Positions 28,601 through 41,700 of a stretch of DNA of 64,000 nucleotides are shown here, in pieces. The notes below the pieces were generated by a model. The model was not told where the DNA came from and searched no databases. It saw nothing but the letters and a program-made list of their open reading frames with translations. The DNA is from Kudoa neothunni (taxonomy: Eukaryota; Animalia; Cnidaria): NCBI GenBank assembly GCA_964304625.1, contig OZ199840.1:1070733-1134732 (forward strand), read 5' to 3'. The position numbers and the translations under genes are program-made. Position 1 is the first letter of the stretch, and each line of letters opens with the position of its first letter.

Positions 28601-28998
28601 CAATATTTCTCTGAAAGGGCGAGATAACAACTGAGGCTTAGTTTTTGATCGGCTCACAGTTAACTTAAGCGAAATTAAGACTTCCATTAATACAAATGTA
28701 TTAACTCTGCTTATTTCTTCAAAATTGGGCATTTGTACGTCCTCAATCAATTCAGGTGATGTATAATTGAATTCTTTCCTATCAATTGGTATAATGTCAT
28801 TTGAGACATTCACAGTATCCAGCTTTGTTGATTTTTCTTTTATAAGAACAACATCATCGCCAGCATTGAGAAAATCTACGCAAATCTAAGATTTTCAGTC
28901 TACTGTGGAATGTACAAACCTTCCACACATATTTCATTGTCTATAATATTTTCTGAAGGTCGATGGTCTTCATCACTACCAACGATCTCCTCGAACAT
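19626..28998 (-). CDS. CHTF18: Chromosome transmission fidelity factor 18 (alternative RFC clamp-loader large subunit), multi-exon
   Basis: Spliced motifs in order: WANKYRPSKFTHLISD, NRLVLKWMKLWD, Walker A GEPGMGKT, EINAS|DER, Walker B CLVFDEIDG, RPIICICNNL, DGDIRSSINNLQ, KDRQSSLYDMW, GLFDNY, YQFEP, KRDFFGR. Stop at 19628-19626, probable ATG at 28998-28996, 3225-nt intron at 24675-27899. Confidence 0.92.
21472..21517. repeat. 7-bp tandem repeat (ATATTAC/ATATCAC)n
   Basis: Read directly from the sequence; intronic in CTF18. Confidence 0.85.
25015..25692. mobile_element. Tc1/mariner-like MITE in the CTF18 intron
   Basis: Inverted ends TAGTAATGGATCGGTCGTAAG / CAATGGTGGAGCGGTCGTAAG (rc), with an internal copy at ~25520. 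The body 25187-25495 is similar to 41421-41720. Confidence 0.6.
26050..27781 (-). mobile_element. Decayed piggyBac relic(s) in the CTF18 intron
   Basis: Ser/Asp-rich N-terminal ORF at 27396-27133 containing ANIMRGCPG (cf. ANIMESAPG); fragments FGDRWIEFD and IRDIW; GGGG..CCCC subterminal palindromes; AGAGGG-TTAA ends at ~27781 and ~27869. Confidence 0.6.
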
Positions 28999-29894
28999 AA
29001 TAACAGGGACCGTTTCAAAAGCGCGCGCCTCTCAGTAAACACATTGATTCGACAAATTGCGTGAGTCAAATGAAGTGAACTCCATCAACAAAAATTAAAA
29101 CTTGAATTAATCTTTCAAGCCTTTTCTAGGTCAAATTGAACCCAGAGCCTATTTATTATAATTTTTCTATACATAACAGAATTCAACAATTATAATATCT
29201 GATGTATTCTCCTAAAACAAATAATATTTTTTAATTTTTGAATAAAAATTCGAACAAATAAAATAAATTACGATATACGAAAAAACTATATACTTGGTGC
29301 TTTGAGGGTCAATTTAACCCCAGGGTTTTTTGCTTTATATAATAGTTAAATAGTGAAAGGATTGAATATTCGGATTTGGTTGAATTCTACAGGCAGAATG
29401 CTGAGAAAATAAGGAAAATTTGTGCACGATATCAAATGAGATGACATGGATGCATCCGTTTTGCTGTGCTGTTCGCATGATTTTATCCACAACATACTGA
29501 TAAAAGAAGACTCCGAGGAGATCTTTCCCATTAACTATGCTATGCTATGCTATGATATACTATGCTATGCTATGATAGCAACGCTAACGAAATATTTTAT
29601 CTCGGTCATTGAAAGTCAAGTTCTATTGAATTTGATGATAATGATGAGGATTTGAATGTGTTTTGCGAGAACGATAATGTTTATGACCTAAATTATATCC
29701 AAAGAGAGATATAAAAAAATCTTTATGTTTCATGTGCACGTCTAACTAGGTATAAGTGATAAGTGATAATTTTTCCTTATTCCCTGTCCCCGAAAGGGTT
29801 ACGCGAAAGTGGGAAACTAATCTGTTACTCACGTTTCGAATGAATTTAATTTAGCAATATGTTTGGTAGTAAAGTTTTTATGGTTTAAATTTTT

Positions 29895-29962
29895 AATGCG
29901 ACCCTCGGAATAATATCAACAACCCAATGTGGCCCTAGCCTGGAAGAGTTTGGAGACTCCTG
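29895..29962. mobile_element. Orphan hAT right end
   Basis: The minus strand reads CAGGAGTCTCCAAACT...AGGGCCACA, a Charlie-like terminus. Its partner was not found. Confidence 0.45.
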
Positions 29963-30299
29963 TCAATGTTTTGCCGATAATCGTGCAAGCGCGATTAATA
30001 AAGTGTTTTTGTCAAGGAATGCATTATTTTATATGAAAAAAACACACATTATCAATAACACAAAAATGACTTTCTTAACTTACAAGAATATAGTTTTAGA
30101 TATGACCTCTAAATAACGTAGTCCGTAATATTTGTATAATTTTGGCAGATTGTTTTTAAGTTTTACTAAATAATTAGTGTTTTTATTGGAAGATTCTGAT
30201 TTACACATTTAATATTCAATAATTTGCCCTAAAAGACTTTGAGTTTCTTTTAATCTATATACATATATATATATATATATTTTTCCATAAAAATTAGCA

Positions 30300-31480
30300 G
30301 ATCTGAATGATTTTGATCGAATCGAGAATAATAATGACGATGGAAAAGTTCTGTAGAGTTCGTTGTAAGATTAATATTATTGATAATTCTCTAGAAATTG
30401 TTCCATGTCTCATGAGTATATTTGGATGTTTTTATAAAATTGGTTTCAAAATATTCTATCAATAGAGCAACGTTATTGTTAGCGAACGAATTTGACTTAT
30501 TTTTTAATTTAAGAAATTCGTCAGAAATACTTGAAATGGTTACAAACGATAACGAAATAAAACACTTCGTACAATTTAAAATCACTGTAGTGTAGATAGA
30601 ATTCGGTGAGACCTAGATTTTGTGTTTTTCTCAAAATACATTGGCTAAAATGAAACATGCAAAAATAGATACTAGTATTTTGGGAAACATAGTGATAACT
30701 TATTTTGTAAAGTAGCTAAAACATTTTCATATGATGGTTGAGTTTTTCCAGTCATTAAGACAAACATTAAAGGAAAGAATTTTCCTATTATTCTGTCATG
30801 GATGATACAAAACCGATAGAAAGTTTCAGGAACAACATTAAACGTACCGTCTGACAACTATACATTCGTATTAATAAGATGTTGAATATTCTTATCAGTC
30901 GTAAAAATTATTAATTCTATCGTCTGCTAAAGACCCAGAGTCATGAAAGCAAACAGTTTCGTTTCTTAGGCTAAATAAGATGGCATTTGCCAAGTTGTTT
31001 TCGATATTAACATCTATTTGCTTTCTGTTACGAATATTCTGAATATATTTGTAAATGTTCGTTTTGTTAACGATCCGGAACTCATTCAGACTATTCTGAG
31101 AAGTACAGTACAGATGGAATATAGCTCGCTTGTGGCGTATTATGTATTGTGTATTCTCAGAAACATGACGGATTTTCTCCCCAAAAATTCTCTTATTTAT
31201 GTCCTCCTCTAACATTATATAATTATGGATTCAACGTTCTTCAAGTTAATTAGTCTTATCAGCCATAAAATTGTCCACAGGCGTCCTTTATAACTGCTTT
31301 TATCGCATCTCCATAATCAATGATCTTAAATTATTTATTACTGACATAAAAATAATTTTGGAACAAAATTTTATCGCCTCCGAGTTTTGTTTGGAGCATG
31401 ACGAATGAGTTTTCATTTTGTTCAATTTTGAAGATTATACACGCATGAAATAATACCATCCCCATGTGCGAGGAAATCGG
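30300..31480 (-). pseudogene. Mutator-like (MULE) transposase relic
   Basis: DGTFNVVPETFYRFCIIH...FPLMFVLMTGKTQPSY, CMFHFSQCILRK.QNLGL (CxFH motif) and WNNF..TTNSTELFH, broken by stops and frameshifts. Confidence 0.85.
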
Positions 31481-31805
31481 CGGAAATTCAACATATTATA
31501 CGAATTTTGGTGAATCTAATTTTGTAGATTTATACGTCCAAATTAGAAAATCTGGTGCGCATGCGTGCCCAAAATATGATTCAATTTATTTTTGAAAAAA
31601 AAATAAAAAAATTATTCTTATTGTATTTTAAGTTATTTAACTGAATAAAACAAATTTTAATGCAATCATATTGTTATTTTCCATTTTTTTATTTTTTTTC
31701 AAAGTTATATAAATAACCAAGTAACAAAGATATTGAAAAATATTACAAAATTTAATGTATATTGCGCAAGAGAATCGACTCATAAAATGTACAAAATTTA
31801 GACCG

Positions 31806-32723
31806 TTATTTTAGTTGTTCTTGGAGTTCATTTGCATTCTGAATAACTTTTGCAAAAGTGGTAAAAAAATACTCCACCGATGAGGGAGAATCATCGTTGC
31901 CTGGTACAACATAAGTGACATCAGTGGGATCACAATCGGTGTCAACTAATCCAACCACAGGAATGCAACATTTGTGTGCCTCTTGAAGCAGTTTTAGGCT
32001 GACATTGCTAGTTTAATTGAGAGATCATCAGTAAACGAATTAAAAAAATCAATCACTAGAATCCAACGTCGATTCCAATCTTATCATGTTCCCTGGAGAA
32101 TACTGTGGGTATAGGTCGTTCATGAGAAGGCATACTACCTATGCCATGAAGAACAATCAAATCAGGAAACAATGGGAAACTCTTGCTACCAACACCAGCT
32201 ATTCAAAAAACATCAACTCAAACCAAACTGTTTGTGATTGACATCAATGTTTTACTGTGTCGCTCACGAAGATGCAGATGATAGGAGGGGTGCAATAATG
32301 TTTCATGTTGCCATACACGTGTGGCATAAAACTGATTACAATATCTGGCGGTTGATTGTACCAGAAGTTCAAATTGCAGAAATGGTGATGCAAATAAGAT
32401 AATTCCACCTTTCCTAGCAACGTGGGCCGCAAACAAAAGCGCTCTCTATAAGTACAATCAACCACAAACACCTACAACACAGCGACCACTTCAAAATGTG
32501 TATAAGTTTCCACCAAATCAATCACACACGTGTCGTGTCTCACGCCATAAATGTAAGGAGTCATTTTTTGATGTAGAAGCTCCCGTCTGTGACCCCAATG
32601 GAGACGTGAATCAAACAATTTATCTATTGATAGCAGTTGCTTGATTTTAAATACATCTTCATTTGTAGACAGAATTTCAAGATCTTTTTTAACTAATCCA
32701 CACAATCTTATCGTGGAAAACAT
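31806..32723 (-). CDS. MRPS2: Mitochondrial ribosomal protein uS2m, multi-exon
   Basis: LFDSRLHWGHR, MTPYIYGVRH..VIDL, AHVARKGGIILF, FPDLIV, IPVVGLVDTDCDP..VTYVVPGNDDS. Introns 32446-32489 and 32199-32267, plus one or two more near 32009-32140 where two splice models fit. Confidence 0.93.
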
Positions 32724-33050
32724 TAAAAACTACTATTGTTATTAACGTTATATCCGCGTTGGTTCGTAGAATTATTCCTCCGTTGATTTCTGCGTGTAAT
32801 TGCAGGATTAATTCGAAGGCGGAACAACTCTTGAGATAAAGATGTGCGGAAAAACTTCATCGTCGTGATTTACTGCGTGCGCTTCATTTTTAAATATTTG
32901 AATTCTTACATTAAAATGAAAAATTATAGTCGTACAAATGTCTGTAAACGCTATTAATAGAATTATAAACTTAAAATTTTTCGACTTTTTAAAGGTACGT
33001 GAGACAGTTAAAAGTATTTCAGTTAACATTGCGTGCGCAACAGAGGAAAC
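32724..33050. promoter_or_regulatory. Probable bidirectional promoter between MRPS2 and RED/IK
   Basis: Head-to-head start codons are 327 bp apart. TGCGTGCGC occurs twice (~32874, ~33030). Confidence 0.55.
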
Positions 33051-36000
33051 ATGAATCCTAAAAACTTGTCTAACCAAGATTTTCGTAAAATAATGATGAC
33101 TCCAAGGAGTCTGACACCTGCTAGCATCGGGTCGGTTACTTCAGAACAATCAAAAGATCAGAAAAAGTGTTTTTAATCGATTTTCATATATTAACACTTG
33201 TTGTTGATCAGAATAAAAAAGATATCGAGAAAATATGATGCAAAAAAGAAAGAAAAAAAATCAAAGCCTCAAGATATTTTCGAAGGCAATGAATTGCTAC
33301 AACAAGACGCCGATACAATTGAATTATTGAAATCGAAGTATAGAGATCGAGCGGAAGAACGGCGAGTAGGAAAAACCACTTTCGAAGATCAAATTGAGGC
33401 CATATCATCGCTGTATGAAACAATGGCATCTCAAAACAATCCAATAAATGAAGAGATTCATCTAGAGGAAACCAAAACGCTTTATAAAACGCTCGATTTG
33501 AAGCCAACCGACGACAACATGTATCTCTAAATGTCTCATTTGTTGAGATGTATTCGAGATTCATTTTTAGTGAAAACCAAGATGTGAATAGTGTTGATAG
33601 GGCACCCATTGTGGAAACTCAACCAACTAAAAGTCTTAACAAATTAGAGGTTATATATGACCTATGACATAATGAATTGTCAGAATAGTTCTAAATGTTT
33701 GTAATTTAGTTTTTGAAAAGTATTCAAAAACAAAGGTATCAAAATTGATTAATTTGTCTATATTATTAAGTTAATTTATTCTATTTTATTCGTCCAGAGA
33801 GGATATTGGTGATAGTAGCGAACGAAGAGTGAATTCTGTGTTTGGTATGCGTGTGGATAATCAGTTAGAGTGATTGATGTGTTTGATGTTAGCCAAAAAT
33901 ATAATGATTGCGGTGGAGTGTTTGTCGAATGGTGGTGGTGCAGTTCATAAACACGGAAGAGCTGTGGGTAACGAAAATCTTTTCAAAACCGGCCGGATTG
34001 TATTAATCTTTATTATGCTAACAAAAATTATTCATATTAACTTGATCTAGGCATATGAATTCAATATTGATTCAGAGGAATCGTCGTCGTATTTGCCAAC
34101 AACTATCACAAGGAGCAAAAGTGAGCATTCGAAAAAACAGGAGATTTCTATTACAACCACTCAGTCGATAATCAATAAACTGTATAATATTCTGGGATAT
34201 TTGAGACATGAGCCAACCAACCACACAAACAACAAAGAAACCAACACTTCTACTACTAACTCTGCAAAGGATGATATCATAAATAATCCCAAGCAACCCG
34301 CATCTTCTTATGTGTAATTTTCTTAAAAATAACTAGTCTTACGGCCAATTAATATTGCAGTAAGAATATAGGTGTGAGGTAATTGTGCTGCGCTATTTTC
34401 TTAAGATTTTTGGAATTACGATTCAATAATTTAAGAGATTCTATTATAATTGAACATTTTGTGAAATTCAACCGAAATTCAAATCAAGGGGATTTATTAT
34501 TTTATTTTTATTATCTTGAAATCAATTTAATGATTTCCTTAAGGACCACCGGCTCTATAGCAAAAATTTAATTGATCTAATCATTTTTTTATTCAAACAT
34601 TAACGACAGTTTCTATCGTAATTGTGGAGTAATACACAAAAGTTTATTAATTTTTGTTTGAGATCGATGGGGGTATTCGATGTCCATCTAATAAGATAAA
34701 ACTACGTTTTATTTCAGTGAGGCGGTCACTTTTGTGTTGCGAGCCCACATCAGTACATTATGAGCTTTCAGCGAGCCAAAAGTTATTAGACATGGATTAT
34801 TTCTATTACAGTATTTCACGATCAAGATGCAATAACAGGAAACCCAACAAATTATATATTTAAATAATAGTTTTTGTATTGGTTGATAATGGGGTTCTTA
34901 ACCTTCCGAGTAAAATAGGGTATTTTTATACCCCAGACCTATTTAATCTTTAATTTTTTACCTGAAATCTGAGTGCAAAACTTTTTACACCCCACATTTT
35001 CTTAGACTAATTTGTTCCGAATAAAAAATAATATTTTTCTGATAAATTTGACATTGATGAAATGAGCATGAGCTCGAGTGAATATAGCGGCAGCTGTTCT
35101 GATACTGATTCTTCAGAAATGGATTATTCCTTTATGCGTGATACGTCATCAGATAATTCGGAAGTTGAAATCAATGCTCCATCTGACTCTCTAATAGATA
35201 ACAATGGAACCTTATGGACAATTAAAAAACATTCGATTCTAGAACTGCAGCCGAAAATATTTTTTCCAGTCGTATTGATGTTTCATATTTCTTTTTACAG
35301 AATGTAAATGAAATTATTGATACGTTTAAAATGTTTGTTCGCTAAGAAATGTAATATTTAAATTTAAAACATACAAAATAAAATTATGATCGTTGCAACG
35401 ATGCGTCCAAATAAGATGGAGATACCGCCATATTTGAGACCAGATAGAACGACTCCTCTTCATTCGTCTCGTTTTGTTTTTAATAACAAAAAAATGGTAT
35501 TAGGATATATGCTTTGTTCCTCCTCGACAAGCACCCAAATATAAACTGAAAAGCCATTTAAACTCGATGTTATAATGCATTATAGTGCATTATAATGTAG
35601 TAAAGGACGGAGTTGATACAATTTCCAGATTATTGGCTGCAATAAATGTTAGATGAATAACTTATCGTTGGCGGTTAATTGTATTCTTTAACATGGTTGA
35701 TATCAGTCTGATTAATGCGTTTTGTATATACAAACATTTATTTCCTTCTTCAAAATTACTCAGGAGAGAATTTTTGAAAATGATGGCAACCCAATTGACA
35801 CATAAACTGCTTTTGAGGCGGAAACAAAATATGACAGCTAGATAAGACTCCTCTGTGAATTTGAAAATTCCAAATCTTTTCTTCTCAATCGTCGTTGCTA
35901 CCAGTGATATTAATGATACGTTTTGATATCTGATATTTTTGATGTTTAAATTTGCCCTCGTCTTAGAAAGGGATTCACCTTCGGAACGAGGTGTTGGTAG

Positions 36001-38658
36001 AGAAAATCCAGAATCATCGATATCTAATATTTCCGAATACCTGGGTTTCAATCTTATAAATTCGTTTGCATAACTAAAAGATATTGAATAAAATATATAG
36101 CTCTCTTCGTCACTTGAATCGCAATGAAATTGTCCTAGCAGAATTCCTATCTATAGGCATCAACGATATTCTGAAAGCGCTTTTCTGATAATTGATTGAA
36201 TGTCAGTGTACAATTTCATCTACATCTGCAAGTAGAAATTGTTTGTGCTCTTCACTCAACAGTGAGCGGCGACCTCCTCCATTTTTTAACTTTCGCAATG
36301 AGCCGGAGGTCATTGATTCTCTTCATTATTCTACTTGCTGTAGATTCGTAAATATTCAGTGAATCAGAAATATGACGATTTATCGTTCAAATTTTAATTG
36401 TTTTAATACTCATTTATAACTTTTTATCGCCTCGACATTTTGAACAATTTTAATCCTATCTATGGCGTTAACAATGTCTTATTTTGTCTTATTAAAATGA
36501 TTATTTTCAATTTGATCAGGCATGCTTATGTAATAACTGGAGGAACAGTGAAAATGCGGTTGCGATTTTCATCTTGATCGTGAAGTACTGTATAAAGAAA
36601 CATATAGATAAATTTTGTTCGAATTTATTGTCGCTCCGTATTCTTTTTAAACAAATAATAGACTGTAAGGAATTTCAATATCAAGTTGAATATTTTACTG
36701 CATTGATTGCACAATTACCACTTAATAAATTAATACATTAAAATATTAATTTGACCTGAAGCTCCGTGAGCCCTAAAATAAGTGTTGGGGCGAAACTTAC
36801 GTAAATTTTTTCCAATAACTTTATATTAATTATCTTTTTATAATTTTATTTTATATTAATCATTTGTTTTTAATTACGAAATCTAATTTCTTATTTTTGA
36901 TGTATACTCGTCAACTTACTTCAGAATAGACATTTTCTTTATATTTACACAAATAACATAAAGCATATAATATTACATTTTTATGTGTGGTGTAATCAAT
37001 ATTTTTTAATTTTGTATCTTAATCTGATACATTGAGAGTATAATTAAGGGATTAATCCAATTTTCCCAAAACGTTTTGGTCCACGGATCCCAAACTATCT
37101 ATGCTAAATGAATACGAGTTCGTAAGTATATTAACCACGCATATTTATATTATTTTTCGATAACTTTTTTAATTCCGATGTTATGATAGTCAGGCAGGAA
37201 TTTACGTAAGACTAATTTTTAAGAGTGATATTTTTTAGTGTAAAAACTTTTTTGTAAGTCCTCTGAAATTGATGCGTGGCCATAGGTTGGGAAGTATTGG
37301 ATTAAACTGTATTGAAATCTGGTAACTTTTAATTAGCTGTACGCCTAGTGTTTTTCGATTATAATTAAATTACTGGTAAACATTAAGAATGTTGTGATGT
37401 GTCAGAAATAATCAACTTTACCAGATTCTATGTAATAAGCTTTATTTGAAGCCTATAAACGGGGTTTTTAGGTCTTATAAATTAACCAAAAATATGTGAA
37501 TAAATATGATCTTGAAGCAGTGTACATTGTAGAATAAAAGTTATTGCGTACAGAAAATCTCTTGAGGTCCGTTGGACTCCACACGTTCCGCGAAGGGTTA
37601 AGTCCCTTTGACTGATTTAAACAATTCATACCAAAAATTTATTAATCGTTTCTAGTTATTTTTAAACGCTCGGTTTAATATCTAAGATCATGTTTGCAGA
37701 TAATATTGAAATTTTGATAGCTAGATTTAACCTTACATTTACCATAGTGAAACTAGTATCTATGATGATATTGGGGAATATCGTGTTGAAGATACTTTAA
37801 AGACGGCCGAATTATTGAAATCTCAACAAAATTCCACAAAAGTTTCTAAACCTACTGTTATTTTCAAGGAACCAGCTGTGAAAGAGAAGTCAGAAAAATC
37901 TATGAAATTGCCTAATACGTCGATCACTCCGGACATAACTCCTAAAGCGGTATTTCTAGAGTGGTCAAAATTCTTGCCAACTATTCAAATCGTGTTTATA
38001 GAATATTAAAGATATAAATTTTACTGACGTTAATGCTTTGAAAACATTAGCATCCGAAGCTAGGTATATTTATACTACTGTAATTTTATATTAAATAATT
38101 TATTGTGACTTTAAGGGAAGCTAAATATAAATCCAAAATACAAAAAGATGAGCTAAATTATGCAGAATGTTATCCAGCGTATGAATATTTTGAACTATCT
38201 TTTCTATGTTGTTACCTATTTGTAGTACATTCACTCATTCTGTAGCAGATCTCAAAATCGATAAAAAAGTATACAGTTAACACTGAATAATACAAAATAA
38301 AAATATATTTTATTTAGATCACTAAAAGGGAACATTCTAAATCCATGGAAAAGTATTTTTTACAATTTTGATTTTTAATTTTTGTCCTAATAGAGGATCT
38401 CAAACCGAAAGAAAAAACACTGCTGTTGGATCTGCATCTGTGAGAGACAGCTCGAAATTGAGACAAAAACTCGACAGCGAGTGGAATCAAATAAGTAAGA
38501 TTATTGAAAAACGAAAACATGGCGACGCGCAAAATGACAATGTTGGAACCGACTCGGATCATATCCCATCCAAAAAACCGAAAAATAATCAATATAACAA
38601 GGATGATGATAATCGCATATCGTCTACTCCATCAATAAGACGTCGTCGATTAATCTGA
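33051..38658 (+). CDS. IK: Protein RED (IK), spliceosomal B-complex factor, reduced; multi-exon
   Basis: LSNQDFRKIMMTPR, KYRDRAEERRVG, NLFKTGRI|AY, LPTTITRSK, IINKLYNILGYLR, SIYDDIGEY, YAECYP, KLDSEWNQISKIIEKRK. The intron at 34314-37747 is 3434 nt. Confidence 0.9.
34902..35830 (+). mobile_element. Internally deleted piggyBac relic in the RED intron
   Basis: TTAA at 34898-34901 followed by a CCTTCC..GGGG..CCCC end; acidic N-terminal ORF at 35062; fragments KMEIPPYLRP..HSSRFVF and [33 protein letters not shown] match the 13305-14861 transposase. Confidence 0.8.
36060..36722 (-). mobile_element. IS630/Tc1-like transposase relic (N-terminal HTH part)
   Basis: Fragments LNIYESTASRIMKR and GGGRRSLLSEEHKQFLLADVDE..TLTFNQLSEK. 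A TA-flanked end AGTGGTAATTGTGCAATCAATGCAGTAAAA lies at 36722. Confidence 0.6.
37058..37299. mobile_element. Small hAT MITE
   Basis: Ends CAATTTTCCCAAA / CAATACTTCCCAA (rc). Flanks GATTAATC and GATTAAAC match at 7/8. Confidence 0.7.
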
Positions 38659-38700
38659 AAACTAATTTTGTAGCAATGTTGTAGATAATAGTGATTATTC

Positions 38701-41700
38701 TTATTTGATTTGGAGAATTATTTTTCTCGCCAATTCCAGCTGTTCTTGTCTCTAATGAAACAAATAAATATGTCATATTGATTATCAATATAATCTAAGG
38801 GTTTATTACCTTGAAAAAACTGAATCTCACGTAACATTTCCCCACATGGCGAGTAGCAGATGAGTAAAATGGTCCTAATGGGACCCCCATTAATTTCTTT
38901 CATTTAAATAAATAAAGTTACTAAAAACATTACAGTAATATAGAAGAGACTTTGTTTCTAATAAGCCATCTCACCACGTCATATTCATCTATATATTCTA
39001 TGCTGAATTAACTCATCTCATTGTATCATTTAATTACCCATGCAATCGTCAATATTGTTGCTTTCAAAGTTTCCCTTCAGTAAATACTTTCTCGCAATTG
39101 GCTCGAAATTCACAATCAAAAAGTATCCTGCTTCAGGGACTATACATTCAAGACCTACTTGACGGAACGCCTCCACAATAATGTCTCGCTTATGTAGTAG
39201 GGTTTGACGAATTTTCTGCCAATAGATGCTTGGTGTGGTTAGTTGTTGGTGTAGACAGGTTGCTATGGCTTCCTTATTGTCAGAAATAGATAATTTAAAT
39301 TTCGAATTGATATTCTAACCTGAATAACACTAGGGCATGTGTAATTGCATACGGAATGTATAGTGTGAATGCCATCAATCAAATATTGTGGACCTATGCT
39401 CCATCCCAACTAAAAACACATAAATAAAGAATTTTTAAATTGTGGTTAGGTGGTGATTCGGAATTTACTTTCCAACCCGTCACATTGAAAGCTTTACCAG
39501 CTGATGCTATGGTTATTGTTCTTTGCCACATATTATCAAGTGTGTCTAGTGAAATAAGCCTTAATAGTTAATTCCAATATTGTAAAATCTCACTCATATA
39601 GATATGAGGGGCATTTGAGTAGTTATAATGCTCGTACACGTAGTCGCAGACACAAATAACGTCAAACTTGATGCACAGATTGGCAATGTATTGAAGTTCA
39701 TCTTTGTTGAACACCTAAATAGATAGTAGAGAGTTTAATTTTTTTATTTTAATAAATAAGAAGTACTTTTCCTGTAGGATTATGTGGTGAATTGACAAAA
39801 ATGAGTTTGGTTCTCTCACTGAATGCATTGGCCAATTCATTCCTATCAAATGTAACTTTCGACGAAGAATCACATTCGCTCTAATGTATTAATAATGTAT
39901 AATTCATTCATAATTTATTATGAATACAGTCAAGTACGCTTATTACAGATACGAAAAATGTATACATTATAAAATAATGGAAGAAACTGAAAGTTAATAA
40001 CATAAAATCATTCTTCTCTTTTCCTATAATTAATATTTTTTTACACCTATATTAACCTTAATTCTTAAAATTGATCATTTAAAATTTATTTTGGATTAAA
40101 GGGACAAATATTCCTATCGATAAAAATAAAAAATAAATATGAAATGCTAATTGTAATGCCAATTTACTTTTTATCATCAACAAAAATTTATACAATAATG
40201 GATCGGTCGTACGTAGGCCTTTAAAAAACGAGGGTGATTATGGAAGTGAGCATTATCAAGGATTTGGATAGAGGTTTCATTTTTCCAACGTTTTATAGTT
40301 GTTACTAGTTTTTACAAACATTCTGATAGATAACACATCTCAGTAAATTAATTATATTCCCAAACTAAGTAATAAATGTTTATTTTTATATTATTGAGAT
40401 AAATAATAAAAAAATGCTTTTGATTTGTAATATATCCATAATAGTTTTAACTTAAAAAGCTTCAAAATCGTATTTTATTATTTATGACGATTTCTCTACT
40501 TTAAAATTAATTTTAATTAAAAAATAAATATAAAATATTTTTGTTTTTATATACTTAATGTATCCAAATAAAAAGATAACGTAATAAAATAAATTAAAAA
40601 TTTATAAACTAAAAACCACATTAAGGAATGCCATCATTAAATTAAAACATCTTTGTCTTGATTTTGAATAGAATAAATCAGAAAGTTCTATTTTTAAAAT
40701 ACGAAATCACAAGATTGAACGTTTACAAATTTATTATTAGCAGATACAACTAAAAGAAGTCAGTAAACGACTAACGACTTCGAAATGATTAAAATCATAG
40801 AGAAATAATAATTTTTTGATACATTTATCAACACCATATAGATACCACGTGATTCTGAATGTGTTTGACTTAAGATTTATTTCCAATTTATAAGTTAATT
40901 ATTTGTGGCCTGAATTTAACTTCATAATGCAATTTTTTTGATAAGAACAAAAATGAAAAACTTTGGAAAAAGAAGCGAATTAACAGGACGAATTGTAGGA
41001 AACGACTTTATTTCCCATTTTGTATGCAACGCCGCCCGAACTTCGTATACAGATACTGTAGTTTAGTTGATATTATAAAAAAATAAACAGTTTATTCCAA
41101 GAAATAATGCACTGCTGAATTTTAATAAGAGAATTTCTTCTAACATTGATTACAAAAATCGACTTACAACGAATCACACAATCTTGTTAATACACTGACT
41201 TAATCTCTTCCAAATAGAGGATAATCCCTATACCCTCGAAATCAACCTTCGATTTTTTGAAGGCCACTCGTACGTAATTTTAGCGCAATCGCACAACAAA
41301 ATAATTTACACAAAACTAGCTATAACCTAAATATTATTGGAAAAAACAGTTATTTTGTTGTTTAAAAATACGATTAAAATTGGAAAAACCTCCGAAATAT
41401 AATCAGATATTAACCCCTACTTCTTTGAGCCATGATGTTTAAAATGGTCGCCAAGCTCTTCTAACTAAAATACCCACCGTCTTTGAAAGATTCAATGTGT
41501 TATCAACAAAATCATCCTCTGTTTCTGAATCTTTGAGGAGGGGATGTCATTGCGCCATTGTTACTACTATGAATTGGGGAGGACACCATTATTAACCATA
41601 CTACTACATGTCTACAACATCTGTCTATGTTTATCCTTCGGTTTTAACTAGCTGTCGCATTAATGTAACTAAAAAACCTAACAATTTTTTAACCGTGGTA

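Noticed and set aside
37602-37616. GTCCCTTTGACTGAT, matching the corrected PCMT YVPLTD sequence
   Set aside because: It is only 15 nt with no flanking similarity, so it is probably chance.
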